This document shows, in pieces, positions 25,914 to 40,039 of a DNA stretch of 64,000 nucleotides. This stretch comes from Lama glama. Lineage: Eukaryota. The notes under the pieces are model-generated. The model had not been told where the DNA came from. It ran no database searches and was given only the letters and a program-made list of their open reading frames with translations. The position numbers and the translations under genes were made by a program. Location: contig CM052817.1 in assembly GCA_028534125.1 (NCBI GenBank), positions 88,848,001-88,912,000 on the forward strand, read 5' to 3'. Within the stretch, counting starts at the first letter, position 1; the number at the start of each line of letters is the position of its first letter.

Positions 25914-26987
25914 TTTTCAGTGTCATAGAACATATCTTTCATACAGTATGTCCTCAAAGGTACATCAATATCCTTGAAATCTAAGACAATTTTAATTGTC
26001 CCCTAATAACTTTGTCCGGGACACTACCTCATAATGTGTTAACATTCACTAAGACATTGAGTAATTTCAGTTCTCAGGAGAAGCCACAGGACAAATTATA
26101 GAATGCTGTCAAAATAATTTGGGTTTATCACTTATAAAAAAGCATTTTTCAAGAAGTAATTTCAAAATTAATAATTTGATTTATGCCACAGGAATACATA
26201 ATTGAATGTTAGAATATGGCAACTGTTCCATCCAACTCCAAATAAATACATCATCTAACTCCACATAATTACATTTAAAAATAAATTTAACCAGTTAAAA
26301 TACTTTTATTAATTACTATGCTCCCTATATTCAGACAAATAAAGAGGTTGCACTATTTTTAAATTTCTATTTCACTGCTATTTGTACAATAAGATTAAAT
26401 TTAGATATTATCTTCAAAATAGACAATGCAGAATACAGAAAGTAGGAAAATCATGTTTAAATTGCATTTTGTTTCATCTTCATAATATGCTACAGTCATC
26501 GTGGAATTGAATTAATAAAACCTGGACTTAAAATTAAATCAAGTGTAAAAAAAATATTATTTTAGTTGAAATTTGAGTGCATTATTTAGTTTACTCTCAC
26601 TGGGTTATGTTTTCCAAACTGGGACCTATTTTACTAATTTATCAATTTCTTTTCCCCAAATCCATATTGTTAATCACCCAGTTTGTGGAGTGTAGGCTTA
26701 CTAGGTCTGGGCATTTGGCTCAATTCGTTGGTATAATGAAGCCAAGTATCTATGCCCAGTCCCAATAGGAGCCACTTAGTTTCACACAGAAACAATAACT
26801 ACATAATGTACATTTAATTTCAATACTAACTGAAAAAAATCAACTTATTCATATATGAGCTTACCTTTATCTTTGCTTGAGAATCTAGTCTCTATTCCAA
26901 TAATAGTAATAAAATAATTTTAGTTTACCATTTTCCTGAATACAGCACTTTATCTTAAGCTCTCTCAAGTAGAGGTTGCTCATTTTC

Positions 26988-27101
26988 TTTCTTTTTTTAA
27001 TACTTTTTTTAAAAAAATGGAAGTACTGGGGATTGAATCCTGAATCTCAAGCATACTAAGAAGGTGCTGAGCTATTACCATCTTTGCACCCCTCTCCCTG
27101 G
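26988..27101 (-). mobile_element. tRNA-derived SINE, Vic-1-like (camelid)
   Basis: Reverse A/T tail followed by GAAGTACTGGGGATTGAATCC...GCATACTAAG...TGAGCTA (reversed B-box/A-box). Target-site duplication GGT(T/G)GCTCATTTTC at 26974-26987 and 27102-27115. Confidence 0.75.
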
Positions 27102-27289
27102 GGTGGCTCATTTTCCACATTCCACAAAATTGGGTGTCAGGAAGTATTGTAAGCATCCTCTTCGATCCCTGCTGCCATGATGCTCTTTCTAAGTCATGAC
27201 CTCTTCACTTCTCTTCACTTACTTAAATGAATCTGTGAATTTGAGGTTCATGGCAGCATGCTGCACCCCATGTTCTCTTCAGATTTATT

Positions 27290-27745
27290 TTTACCTTTTT
27301 ATTTTGAAATACCTTAAACTCACACTACATTTGAAAAAATATTAAAGAGAAAACTCTTACAAATTTCATTCATATTCTACCTATGTATTTTACAAAACGT
27401 ATGTGTATAAACATGCACATACACACATGTATGTGTAAGTTATAAATGAGTTGCTAATTTAATCTGATTAATTGCCTGTATAATTGTGTGTTTTTTGAAA
27501 GGACATTATCTTAAATAATCACCATTTAATAATACATATCGCAAAATTAACCTTCATAAAATACTATTTATATAATATATAGATTTTATTTGACTTTTAT
27601 CAGTTGTCCTGCTAATAAATAACATTATTTTTATCTGCTCTGGAATCACATGATGTCATCATTTGTCATTGTTCTTTAGACTTCTTTAAGAAGATAAAGT
27701 TTCTCAATCTTTTTATTTTTTTTCATGACCTTCATACTTTATACT
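27290..27745 (-). mobile_element. Old L1 3'UTR fragment (L1MC-like)
   Basis: TTTTATTTTGAAATACCTTAAACTCAC...GGACATTATCTTAAATAATCACC...TTTTATCAGTTGTCC resembles an antisense L1MC4/5 3' end. Confidence 0.55.
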
Positions 27746-27789
27746 GAGATCCCTTTCATTCTTTCTCATTCATTAAATCAGTGAGTACT

Positions 27790-28870
27790 AGGTTTATGTC
27801 TGCTTTTTCCACACTGGCATCAAGCGGAGAAACTTGAACATGACTAGACATCATCTCTCGGGCTATTAACCTTCCTCACTTCACCCTCAGTTAGCATGAC
27901 TACATCATGGATCTAGTCAGCATCCAGAGGGTTCCCATTAGTAAAATATGAATGCTGTTATTCCATTCCTACACAGCATTATTTTTGCCTATACCTATTG
28001 TCAAATTCTGAAAGAACTCAAATCTCTCTTGTATTTCTGCTGATCAGATTCTTCCTGTCTTAATTTTCTTCCGTATTTGATGTATATTTCATAGTATATC
28101 AGTCTACCTAAATCTTGTCACTTTTCTAACTTTCTTTGCCCCATTCATTTCAGTTATCTCACTTGACAAAATACCCATTTAAGATTAATCAGATGTTTTC
28201 CAATGTTTCACCTCTAATATAAAAACAGGTAAAGTTGTGACACTGCAAATTTATGGTCTCCAGATCAATTAGGTGATGAATGCTTCCTGTCAATCCTTTT
28301 TCTTTTTCCTTTGAAGGAAATAGAAATGGATACTGGGGGCAATCCAACATGAAAATTGGGCTGGCACAGGCACAGTTACCAAAGACTCCCCCCTTTCAAT
28401 GCATATCATCCTCATTTTAAAGTGATCTCTGCTTCTTTACCAATGACAAACCTTGTCATGCTTTAACATCCCTGCCCTTAGATAAAGATTATTGGGATAT
28501 CCCATCATCAGATTAATACTGCTTCAAATTCAGAAATGGTCCCCTCTTTTTAAATCCTTTCTTAAGCGCCTCTCAACTTCTCCTTATTAAAATGTCCCTG
28601 TTCTTCCCTGGTGTGGGCTTCAACTTGCTATAACAAACTAAGTAAACTTAGATTTGTTTCAATGAAAATGTGCTCTGGATGGGTTTCAGTTAAGTCGTTG
28701 ACATAACTTTTGCTTGTTTCCCTCACTCCTACTTTTTTTTTTTAAAACCTCCTTTGCTCATTTTAAACTTTCTTGGTTCTTTTCATTCATGACCCTGCCA
28801 CTTTCCCCTTCACTTTTGTTTATTTGATGCCCTCTTATTTCCCAAAGAAAATATAAAAGTTTTAGATAAT
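27790..28870 (+). mobile_element. LINE-2 internal fragment split by an LTR
   Basis: CACTGCAAATTTATGGTCTCC...ATGCTTCCTGTCAATCC lies before 28311 and CCTCTTATTTCCCAAAGAAAAT after 28703; these are successive L2 motifs. Confidence 0.5.
28312..28703 (+). mobile_element. Solo LTR, probably ERV1 class
   Basis: Starts TGAAGGAAA and ends GTTGACA; about 390 bp; polyA-signal-like AGTAAACTT near the 3' end; interrupts an L2. Family not identified and no clear target-site duplication. Confidence 0.5.
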
Positions 28871-28874
28871 AATC

Positions 28875-29050
28875 TTCCCTGGCTGTATCATGGAGAATAA
28901 GTTCCAGGGAGTTAAACTTGAAATATGGAAAAGTGGTTTACAGTTTCAGGCAGGAGATGACAATAATCTGGAGTAGGGGCCCTCAGGTGGATTGCAGAGA
29001 AGTGGACAGAATTTAGGGATGGTGAGGAGGTACAGTTGTGAGACTGAAAA
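28875..29050 (-). mobile_element. LINE-2 fragment
   Basis: CAGGCAGGAGATGACAATAATCTGGAGTAGG...GAGAAGTGGACAGAATTTAGG is typical antisense L2. Confidence 0.55.
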
Positions 29051-29827
29051 CCAATTCTTGCTTCCCCTCATTCCTACTAAAGATTCATAGGTTTGAGGTG
29101 GATTGGAAGAGGAAATAAGAGTTAAAGTGAGCAAAGGTATAGAGTTATATGAATATGATATTGGAATGGACATTTTTTTAACAGAGTAGATCCTTCTTGT
29201 GGATGAAAATGACACTACTTTATGCAAAAATTATGAGGCCTGCAGAACAGTTCTTTTAAAAGTGGTGAAGAAATAATCTACATAGTATATAGAAAGAGAC
29301 AGCAGAAGAAGTTTTTCCCCCTGAGTTACACTATATTGAATTTAGTTCATTTAGTGGGTTTCGTATGCATGTTATTTTACTATTTCCCGATTTTTCCATT
29401 TTAGATAATACATCCCAATTTCCTATAGTGTAACATTATTTTCCTTTCCTTCATCCACCTCCCTCCATATTTATAGACAAGGAAAAGATATACACTTATA
29501 CCAAGACTTTTCTGTGTGTGACATTCAGTGAAAAAGTGTGAAAATTATTTCAAGCCTTGGAGAATAAATTATTCCTCCAGAATGGATAGGTGTTTGCATC
29601 TTTCAGGCACTGGGCAACTATTAGTCCAAGACCATTCAAATTAAACACATGGCTTGGTGCTCTTTGTCTTATTTTATCTATGTTTTCAACATAGATAATA
29701 TGAATCTGTATTGCAAGTCTACATTAGGGCAAATTTATGATGATAACTTCACAAGGATGATTAATTTAACTCTATGACTATTCAGTAACACCTTCCTTGC
29801 AGTCACTAAAGACTGGAGTTGGGTGCC

Positions 29828-30121
29828 AATCTTCGCATAGTAGGGGTCCCAGAAGGGAAAGAAAGTCAAAGTGGATTGAAAAGATATTGGAAGAAATCAT
29901 GATTGAAAACTTCCCAAACTTAAAGAAGGAATCAGATATCCAAGTACAGGAAGCTCAGAGGGTCCCAAACAGTAAAAACCCAAAACAGACTCACACCAAG
30001 ACATCATAATCAAGATGGCCAGAGTCAAGAATAAAGAAATGATCCTAAAGGCAGCAAAAGAAAAGCAAAGAATGAGTTACAAGGGAACCCCCATAAGGCT
30101 TTCAGCTGATTTCTCTACACA
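29828..30121 (+). mobile_element. Relatively young L1 ORF1 fragment running into a gap
   Basis: Translates, with frameshifts, to NLRIVGVPEG...EKILEEIMIENFPNLKKESDIQVQEAQRVPN...IIIKMARVKNKEMILKAAKEKQRMSYKGTPIRLSADFS, the ORF1p RRM/CTD region. Confidence 0.93.
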
Positions 30122-30621
30122 NNNNNNNNNNNNNNNNNNNNNNNNNNNNNNNNNNNNNNNNNNNNNNNNNNNNNNNNNNNNNNNNNNNNNNNNNNNNNNN
30201 NNNNNNNNNNNNNNNNNNNNNNNNNNNNNNNNNNNNNNNNNNNNNNNNNNNNNNNNNNNNNNNNNNNNNNNNNNNNNNNNNNNNNNNNNNNNNNNNNNNN
30301 NNNNNNNNNNNNNNNNNNNNNNNNNNNNNNNNNNNNNNNNNNNNNNNNNNNNNNNNNNNNNNNNNNNNNNNNNNNNNNNNNNNNNNNNNNNNNNNNNNNN
30401 NNNNNNNNNNNNNNNNNNNNNNNNNNNNNNNNNNNNNNNNNNNNNNNNNNNNNNNNNNNNNNNNNNNNNNNNNNNNNNNNNNNNNNNNNNNNNNNNNNNN
30501 NNNNNNNNNNNNNNNNNNNNNNNNNNNNNNNNNNNNNNNNNNNNNNNNNNNNNNNNNNNNNNNNNNNNNNNNNNNNNNNNNNNNNNNNNNNNNNNNNNNN
30601 NNNNNNNNNNNNNNNNNNNNN
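30122..30621. other. Assembly gap (500 N)
   Basis: N run. Confidence 1.
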
Positions 30622-30838
30622 AGAGCAAGCATCATAACCCAAATACAGATACGACAGAAATGTTGGAATTATCAGACAATGGATTAAAAATAACTATTAT
30701 TAATATCTAAGAACTCTAATGGAAAAAGTAGACACCACTGCAAGAAAAGATGGGTAATGTGAGCAGAGAGGAGACACTAAGAAAGAATCAAAAGGAAATG
30801 TCCTAAGTCAAAAATACAGCAACAGAAATGAAAAACTG
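30622..30838 (+). mobile_element. Older L1 ORF1 N-terminal (coiled-coil) fragment
   Basis: GAAATGTTGGAATTATCAGAC...CTCTAATGGAAAAAGTAGAC...CTAAGAAAGAATCAAAAGGAAATG matches the L1MB/MC ORF1 start region. Confidence 0.75.
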
Positions 30839-32850
30839 TAAGTATTACTTCAGTTACTTCACTAACAAGTTTTGTTTAAAGTCTTCTGTATGGGAGTTTG
30901 ATCTGAGAATTTAATATTTATTCTACACATCACTTTTATTTTGGTGTCAAATTAAAATTAAGAAGTATATAGGGATTTCAATTTCCTTTCACTTTGTTTG
31001 CAAGTTTTAGAGTTGCTACTTAAAATTCTAACATAAAATAGTATAAAATTAACACAAATTTTAGGACTTTCTTCCCTTCATACATATATACATTTTTTTT
31101 CTATGTCAAGTGTTAATAGTTTGCTTTGGCTCTAATTTTGAATCAAAGACTTTATCTGGCTTTGTAACTACAAGGAAAATGTCTCCATGCCAAAGTTGTG
31201 ATCAACTTTACAGATGCAGGGGAATTATGGAAATGAATCATGCAAAATGCCTACTTGCCAAAATTATTCCATGACCTTGTGCTTAGGCTGAGTTTTAAAT
31301 AATTCAGTGATGTGTCGAATGAATAAATTTGTATTGCTTGTTACTCTAAACAGTCATGCATTCACTTTTCCTTGCCATTTTTAATAAAGCCTAGTTTTCT
31401 AATATTCATGAAATATTGCATTTCAATTAAATTACATAGGTTTTGAGAAAATAGTTTGCCCTAAGCTGTTTAGTGTTGACACCAACTGTCATTTGCTTTT
31501 TCTTTGGTATAATGCCCAAGGAGGCTTTGAGTACAACTAATGCAAAAGTACTGTCACTCTTTAATGAGATAACTTTTGATCATGTATAACACAATGCTGT
31601 CTGAGGAAAAGAATAATAAACTCAAACAATACTTTGTTTATGAGGGATATGATATATCAAAATATGCAAAGATATTCAAAATAAACTTTTGCTACTTTAG
31701 TGGAAATTATAAGTGTGTACTGACCTAAATTCCTTGTATTCCAAACATATGTATGCAAACACATGATATTTTCTCAAACTTTTCCTTTGTCTCACTCTCA
31801 CAGTATCTGTTTTCAGGTACATAAATAAATGGACAAGGTAAACGAGTGGATTTTGGGATTATGAGATTAATTTAGCTTTTAAAATCTATAAACTTTCATG
31901 CAACTTTTATCTCTTACTAACCAGTTGAATCTGCCCTGTATTTCATGACATTAATGCTGCAAATAGTTTTGATGTTCTCTGGTTATTTCTTACTGAATCA
32001 AGACATTAGTTCTGAAATAAAGACATTCTATGAACTAGAAATAGCATCAATAATAATTTTGGTTACTAGGGCTAGTGCTTTTAACCTATTATCCTACACA
32101 TACTTAATAACTGGGTTTATTTTGATAGCATATTTTTAGTCAATTTTTGTCATAATGAAACTATAATCACCACCCCCTTAAATAAATGCATTACAAAATT
32201 GAAATACATGATGCTTTACCCTTGGAATAGTATGAATTAACAGTATCTACATATTAATAAGTACTTTCTAGTTGCCTTTTAAAATTTTTTCATATGTTCT
32301 ATATGATACCATTGGGTTGATAGCTTTGGATCATTTCACATTAAAATTATTGGTATTTTCATAACAAAACATTCCTTTCAGGTATCCTCTCATTCACCTA
32401 AGCTCTCTTCTTCTATAAAGGCAGGTGGTTTCAGGCAGCTGGGATTTGATGCCACAAAAGAATTTCAAATCTACTCCATTACAGAGGGCTTAGAAAAAGA
32501 CACAGTCAGAATCTGCCACAGGAATTTCGGAAAGCATTTTCATTCCTACAAAAAGCAAGGAAAAATAACCCTATTCACTTGTTCTCTTGAATTCACTTGA
32601 TCTGCACTGTGGAATCCATGAAAAATAGGGTAACTTCAGATAGCCCAAACTACCAACTATCACTCATTTTCTTTTGTGTAGATGATTAATAGACAAATGT
32701 ACAATAGTATAGCCAAATATAGTGCAAAATAGTAATTATAAAATTGTTTTTTTTTTCAGGGAGGTTTTTAAAGATTATCTCATCAACTTAGCCATTTTCC
32801 TCAGTATCTACGCAAAAAAACAAACAAAAAAAAAACATTTCCAGCCACAT

Positions 32851-33413
32851 AAATAGGCAGAATTCTAAGGTGGCCTCTGGGATTTCTCTCTTCTGGGGTA
32901 ATTTGTTCTGCATAATTTCCTCTCCTTGACTATGAAACAGCCTATGAATATAATGGGATAGAAGTTCCTTTGATTATTACCATTTATGGCAAAAATGATG
33001 GTATAATCATCCTCTTCATTATATCACAAAGACTCCTGTCTATTATATAGGAGAGGAGAGAGATTCCTGTCTTTAAAGAAGTAATCTGCCTGCCATGTAG
33101 TAAGACAGCCAAGTAGCTAGGGTCTAGATGCTGAGAGTAGTTCTCAGCAGGCAGAAAAAAAATATGGAGACTTTATTCCTACAATTGCAGAGAAATGATT
33201 TTGCCAAAAACTAAATGAGCTTGAGGAACACAAACATTAGATGAGATCACAGCCCAAGCCATCACTTTGATGTACTTCTTGTAGGATTTTGAGCAAAGGA
33301 CACAGGTAATCCATGCCCAGTTTCCCTACCTTTCAGAAACAGTGAGATAAATGTGTGTTGTTTTAAGTGCTGTGTTTGTAGTGATTTGTTATTCTGTAAC
33401 AGAAAAAAATACA
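32851..33413 (+). mobile_element. MaLR solo LTR (MLT1E-like)
   Basis: AGGCAGAATTCTAAGGTGGCC...AGATGAGATCACAGCCC...GAAACAGTGAGATAAATGTGTGTTGTTTTAAG...TTTGTTAT...AATACA. Confidence 0.82.
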
Positions 33414-36400
33414 GCATATAAGGATTAAAAATTTGAACAGATATAAAAATCATTATAAAATCTTTCAGAGTATTTTTCTATGTATGTATGTACATGCTTA
33501 AATAAATATGCATATACACAAACTTACACAAATGTACACACACCCACACACACACCACAAATATGTACCTCTAAATGATACGGGGGGATATATAGCTCTA
33601 AATGAGTGAAAGTTTAAAATTGATCAATATTATGTATATCTTGTTCAAAGTTAAGGCAGAATGGCTTCAAAAGAAAATAAGAATCGTGTACATTTACCTG
33701 GTAAGGATAATTACATGCTTATATATGTCAGGGCTTTGTGTGAGCATGTTTCTTTGTGTATTTCTGGACTTACACAAGACCATCTTGTAAGTTTTCAAAA
33801 CCAAATAAGCATCAATAGCCCTTTCTAGGGAGCGTAAACTGCAACCTATTCCACAACTAATCATATGTTCATACAGAAAGCACTGTGCTCTATCTAGAAT
33901 AATGATTTATTTCAAAATACAGTTAAGCACAGTGGTTACATACTTTATTCATTAATTACACTTATAAATGGCAGGTGATTAATATGCTAATATCTTACTA
34001 CCATTTATGGGTTAAACACCAAGGAAAAACCTTGGCAAATGAATGTATTTGTGTTGTTTAAATATATTTTGTTAAATATACTTATTTGTTTGAAACAGAG
34101 CTTTCTTCACTTGTTATAAGGAGCAGTAATGTCCAAAATAAATCAGTAATATAAAATACTTCAACTAATACTCATGTTTAATATTCATTTCTTTCACAGA
34201 ACTATGGTTTTGGCCAGAATTATCACAGATTAAAAGCTGTTACTTTATGTAGATACAGATTATGAACACAGAATATGCTTGAATATTATCTAACTTTAAA
34301 ATTAGTAATCAGGTTTATATCCTGTATACATATGTTTTATATTTTATATTTTAATTATTCAGTAATTTAAGCCAAATATTGGAAGTACAATTTTGATTTA
34401 TCTATCATGTAAAATCTCTCTTTACATACAATAATAACAAACAATAATTAAATGACATTGGTTGATGAAATAATTTTAAAACAACATAAGATTTTCTATT
34501 CATGCATATTTTACCATCAATAATGAATGATCATTTGCACTTTCTTACAATTTACCCTGCACCTGACTTTAAAATTTTTAGGTCTAAAAGTAAAAGCTAA
34601 TTTACTTTTAAATATCTAGGATAATCACACTGAAATGTAAATTGTATTATGTCATCATTGTCTTTTTAAAAATATTTTCTTTTAAATAATTAATTTTAAT
34701 TAATTATCTTTTCTCTCATTCTTTAAAAATTATTAGATAGCAAGGGGCTAACCTAGAACAGCAAAGTGTGTAGCAACGAAACATTTAATTTTCAAGTAAG
34801 AAATTTAACTTAAAGTAACAAATAAGAGATAGTTTAATAAAACTGGCCTTAATGGGCTTTGAATTTCTAATCTGTTCAAAGAATATTTTTTTTAATGAAT
34901 CAGACAATAATACAAAATGTACTAAAGAGACTAAATGACCCTTCTGACTATATTAACTTCCTATTTAGCCATTATTTGAGATAGCCTAGTGTATTTTTTT
35001 TTCTATATTTAAAATACTGATCATCATTCAGTTTTCTAGAGTTTTGAAAGTGTTTAGCTAAGCTTATTTTCTTTCTGAGGTTATGGAATTAATGGTTGAA
35101 ACAGAAATCAACACAGTTTGGGAACACTAAGACATAATTTAAGAAAAGAATACTCGCCAAAATTCAAATGCATAAACAGAATTCAGAAAGTAAAGAATAC
35201 TCAGAGCTCAATTTATCTAAGAATACACTGTTTCAAGATATTAAGTGTATAATTTGCTTTGATGGTTTTTAAAGCTACCTCTATTATAAGCCACAAATTC
35301 TTCAGCATAAAAATCAATACAAATGACCATTAAGGAAGAGAAGACATAAAAATACTACTTTATAATTACAATTAAATTCAACCTATAAAATAATCTCCCC
35401 ATTTTAAAATTAAAATTATAATATTTAATGAAGAAAAAGAAATCAGTTTTAATATTTACTCTTATGACAAAAGTCATTGTGAAATTTGACTTTAGATTCA
35501 AACTTCATGTGATTTTTTATTGTATACATAAATAATTAATATATTTATTATTCAAAATAAAATAAAATGCAGTTTATCTAAGTGAAAAAGAATTTCTTTA
35601 ACTCTGAGGAACTAAAGTTTAAAAAGCCATTGTTTGAAGTTCATTATATGATCACAATACTTCAGTTCTAAGAAGGAAATTTTAGGTACACTTGTTAAGA
35701 CAGACAATATTGAATAATTTAGGATGGCGCTTGCACTCTTGAGTCTTCTTGGGTAAATACTATTTCTGACTGAGTTTTTAGAGTCTTTATAATCTTCCTA
35801 AAGAAAGACCCAATTAGATCCTCAAATAGCATTAAGCTTCTTTCAACCTGAGGACCGTCACAAAAATATCATGCTATCATGGGACTCAATTATCCCGCTT
35901 CTTTTTTATTTCGCGTCTTATCCATCAAGATTTCCCTAAGTATTCATTTGTATCTCCCCAGGATCATGTAGACCTCTATATTACATGCTCCCCGAACAAC
36001 ATTTGGTTACCCTTGGCAGCATTTATCAAACATATTTTAATAATTTTTATTATAATAGACAATTTCTATAATGTTTTCAATGTAAGTCCCATGAGAGCAG
36101 GAACTTCTTTTATCTTTTTTAGCTCTGCATCTATCACTAAACACTCATTACCTACCACTGATTTTGGTCAGAATTATTTGACTGCAGTTTGAATATAATT
36201 GTTTTTGATCAATTATAAATAGCTTTGTTTCTAAATCATATTAACAGACTTATGACCATATATCTTTAAAAAAACAATCATTTTCAATTAATTTTAGCTT
36301 AACTGAATCAGGTTGTATTGCCAAATAATTCAAAGGCTATTATAAACCTTGGACTTACTGGTTTATAACTTGACTTCTCTTGTATGATGATGTTCTTATG

Positions 36401-37330
36401 CTATCAGGATTCAGTGTGAGTAAAACATATATCGTAACTATGATTAACTATTCAGTATTGATGAAAACTACCAAATTAATTCTGAAAGAGCTTTTAGTAG
36501 CCAAGTATTAGAGGACCACAAATTCAGATTTTTGGCTCCTGTCTCCCCTCACCACACTGCTTAGACTTATTGAGCAAAATCTATCTTAAATGTATTCTCT
36601 AAACACTTCATCTGAACACCATCACCCAGACCAGCCACAGAGCAGATCACTCCCTCTTGTTCATCACACTTTATTTAGGTTATAGCCCTGCTATTATTTT
36701 ATAAAAGTTATTGCAAAGAATTCTGTCTTGTTCAGTATATCTTTTTCTTGTATTACACATACTGTTTTATTAAAAACAGGGATAGTCCTTTATTTAATTC
36801 TTGGCAAATCTCTCATTTTGCTAAGTAGAGACTTTACTACTATATGTTTTGAGGAAATTAAAAAAGGTTATGTAGATCAATTTATGAGGCAAAGCATGAA
36901 TATTATTACCATTTATCAGCATGCTTTTGGATTTCATGATTTACTGTTAATGGTGGTAACTTACCTTACAATTCAATTACAGTGAAATGCAGTATATTTC
37001 AATATTTATATTCATGCCCTTGTTTGACAATAATATGAACCTTATTCAAGCATTTTAATTTAATTTTAACTGCCATGTATCAGTAGTTCTAACAGTAAAT
37101 AATTAAATGGGTGAGACTCTGTAGAGTAACATAATGAAGAACCCAATCAAGACCCATAAACAGCTTTCTTGGCAATTTCTCAGACAGTAACCTCACTTCC
37201 TATTTGCTGAGTTCTAACTCAGCCTACAAACAACAGGGCTTTGTCAACTGGTGGCTAGCATATAATGAAAAAAAAAAGAGATAGAAACAAAGGAAAAATA
37301 TGTAACAAGTAAAGCAGAATATCTTCTAAT

Positions 37331-37349
37331 TGTACCAGATGGCAGCACA
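37331..37349 (+). promoter_or_regulatory. Candidate CTCF-binding motif
   Basis: TGTACCAGATGGCAGCACA matches the CTCF core (ACCAGATGGCAGCA) and lies in a stretch with no recognised repeat. Motif match only. Confidence 0.35.
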
Positions 37350-40039
37350 CCACTTTTATTAACAGGCTTCTCATTACATGTTAAGGTTAACAATTCCCTA
37401 TTTCATTATATATGACAGCTTACTCATTGAGTTTTATTACTCCTTTTATAAAGCTTATGTGCAGGCCTCTTACATGATCTTCTCCGCTATCCTCTAAACA
37501 GAAATGCTCCCACAGAAACCCCTATCTAGGTTAAAATGAAAAGAATACACCAATTTTGCTTATCTTCTCTATTAGCATTTATTAGGGCCTTATGATTTGT
37601 ATAAAAATGAAATTTCTTTGAGTCTTCACAATTTTATTTTCAATTAATGATATATTTAGTTCAATTATACAGATTTTATAACACTCATTTATGATTTAAG
37701 TATATACTAACATCAATTCTTATTTTAAAAGTAAATTTCACCATTTTCTTTCTTTTATACCATTAAATTTAATGAAAGGTTATTGTCTATTCATGTTTCA
37801 AATTTCTATTAATAATATATGTCTAGTAATACAGGAAAGTATTTGTAATATTTCTTCACTTTTATTTATGGATGTGAGAAAAATAGCTTTCTTTAAAAAA
37901 TTTTTTCTCAAAAACTGGTTTTTAAATAATGCAATGAGGTAACCTTCTAATGCAATTGCATATAGCTTGTTTGAGAGACTTGGAAAATGAATAACGGAAA
38001 GTCTACATCAACTTTTTATTCATGACATTATCCAATATGTTGACTGCCATTCACTGATAATGTCACAAATAACTCTGTTACCTACCACTGGCTTCCATTC
38101 AGGCTATTACTTACTCTCACATTCTGCAATCACTTATTATATAATTCAGTGGAGGGTAACCAACATATTTGAAAGCTTTCCCTTTTACCCCATCTATTGA
38201 TTGACAGAATTTCTGGTTTCTATTAGGAGTGGACTCATTTGTATGTAAAATACACTGTAATATCCAATTGCTTGCATAAAAATTTAAAACAAACAAGAAT
38301 CAATGCAGTTTTGTCCCAGTTTCAACTGACAAGTGCTGTATGTTGCACACATTCAGGAAATTCTCAGAGGACTTTTTGTGAGGGTGACTTTTTAAAGTAT
38401 TTAGAAATATGTATCTTCATCAAAAAACCAAAGGAAACATTTTTAGAAAGGAATTATCAATAACAGTGGCATCTTGGATTATTTGATTTTGAGGCTTAAA
38501 GGTAAATATAATTCAAATGACAGACAGATGAATTTATGCCTCTAGCTATATCTCTGCACACTGAACTGCATTTTTTTTTTTAAACATAGCAGCAAAGGGT
38601 TAGATGCCTACCGGTTACATAGTTAAATAACACAATCTATATTCACAGTTTGCAGATAGGACAGCTAGATCACAGAAACCACTCACCTTCTAGTATTTCA
38701 ATGTTCATTTTTGCTATCTTTTTACATTGGTACAGTTTAGGAAATATGCTTAATTTTTCCTTCTAGCAAACAAGGGGTTCATCAGTAATAACTGTAATCT
38801 ATGTGATATGACTGAAACAACAGAAGGCAAAGTTTAAATAATAAAATAATGCACATTTTTTCACAATTTTTGTATGGTTGCAAAAATAATTAAAGATAGC
38901 TACTCACAGCTCCTTTTGTTAAAATTCTATTAACTAAAGAGGTTATAATTGGACCCTCAATAGCAATAGATAATATGATCTTTAAAGTTCAGAAATATAA
39001 TGACCAACTAAGAGAATACACTGAAATTTTCTATGGTTTGGGAAGAACACAGTGGTATAATTATCTATGTGAAATGTGTTTGAATGTAAGATTTATTGCA
39101 CATTTAGCCATTTGGACCATCTTCAAAAATCTGATGATAGGTTGGGGGAAGCAGCGTGACTGAGTTTAATAACTAATTCATTAATTAATTGAATGGCAGA
39201 AATTGACCTAGGCTTCACTTCCAGTGTAATTATCAAATGAGGTATGAGGTTACACAAGGAACAACTGGAATTATTATAAAAATATTATTAAAGAAAATAC
39301 ACTCAGAGTGCTTTATGTATTTCAATTGGTGCCTTCTAAAATATAACTTGCCCAATTTCAGATTATTGAATAGGTTATTCTCATGTCAGTTAAACCAGAA
39401 AACCCTCTCCAGTCACATGTGTATGTGTGTGTATAAAACAATGAAGGACAACTGTGATGAAGCCATCACAGCCTTTATTTAGTTGTTAATACTCTGAAGA
39501 AGGAACTAAAGCTGAGCTTTCTTGTTGGTGAAGGTAGAAATGAATAATCAATTATCACTGACTCATTACCATCTAGATATCTATGAGCTGCCTGATCACT
39601 AGGTTGTCCAGAAACGTTTGTAAAATTCCCTTCAATGTGTTACTTGTTTTGAAAGACCTCTAATCACCATGATCATCACTGAAAAATAGTTCACGATTTA
39701 TTATTCTATCAAACTTCATTGATTAGGTAGAGCTAGGTTGTCAAGTGCCAATTCCTTCATGCTTACTTATCAAATCATAATTTGTGAGCAGTTTATTTTC
39801 AAACCTTGGAATCTTAATTAGTCAAAAGATCTAAATGTATAAGTATGTGAAAAATAGAATTGAGAGCTCATAATTTTCATTATTTTTTGTTATGTTGGTA
39901 AGATATCCTCCTTACCAATGAGGTTTTCTTTGCCAGACATAGAATTAGAAATTAGTTTTGCCATCTGTATACTCATCTTGAATTTTTGAAGAAATTCATA
40001 ATGATGTAAAAATACATAGATATTGTGCTCTAGTAATCT

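Noticed and set aside
30015..30710. ORFs of 175-231 aa
   Set aside because: Gap read-through; the real part is L1 ORF1p.
33651..33700. Plus-strand mini-exon with ATG (MASKENKNRVHLP) and donor CTG|GTAAGG
   Set aside because: Weak acceptor, no promoter or partner exons evident, peptide not recognised; compatible with chance.
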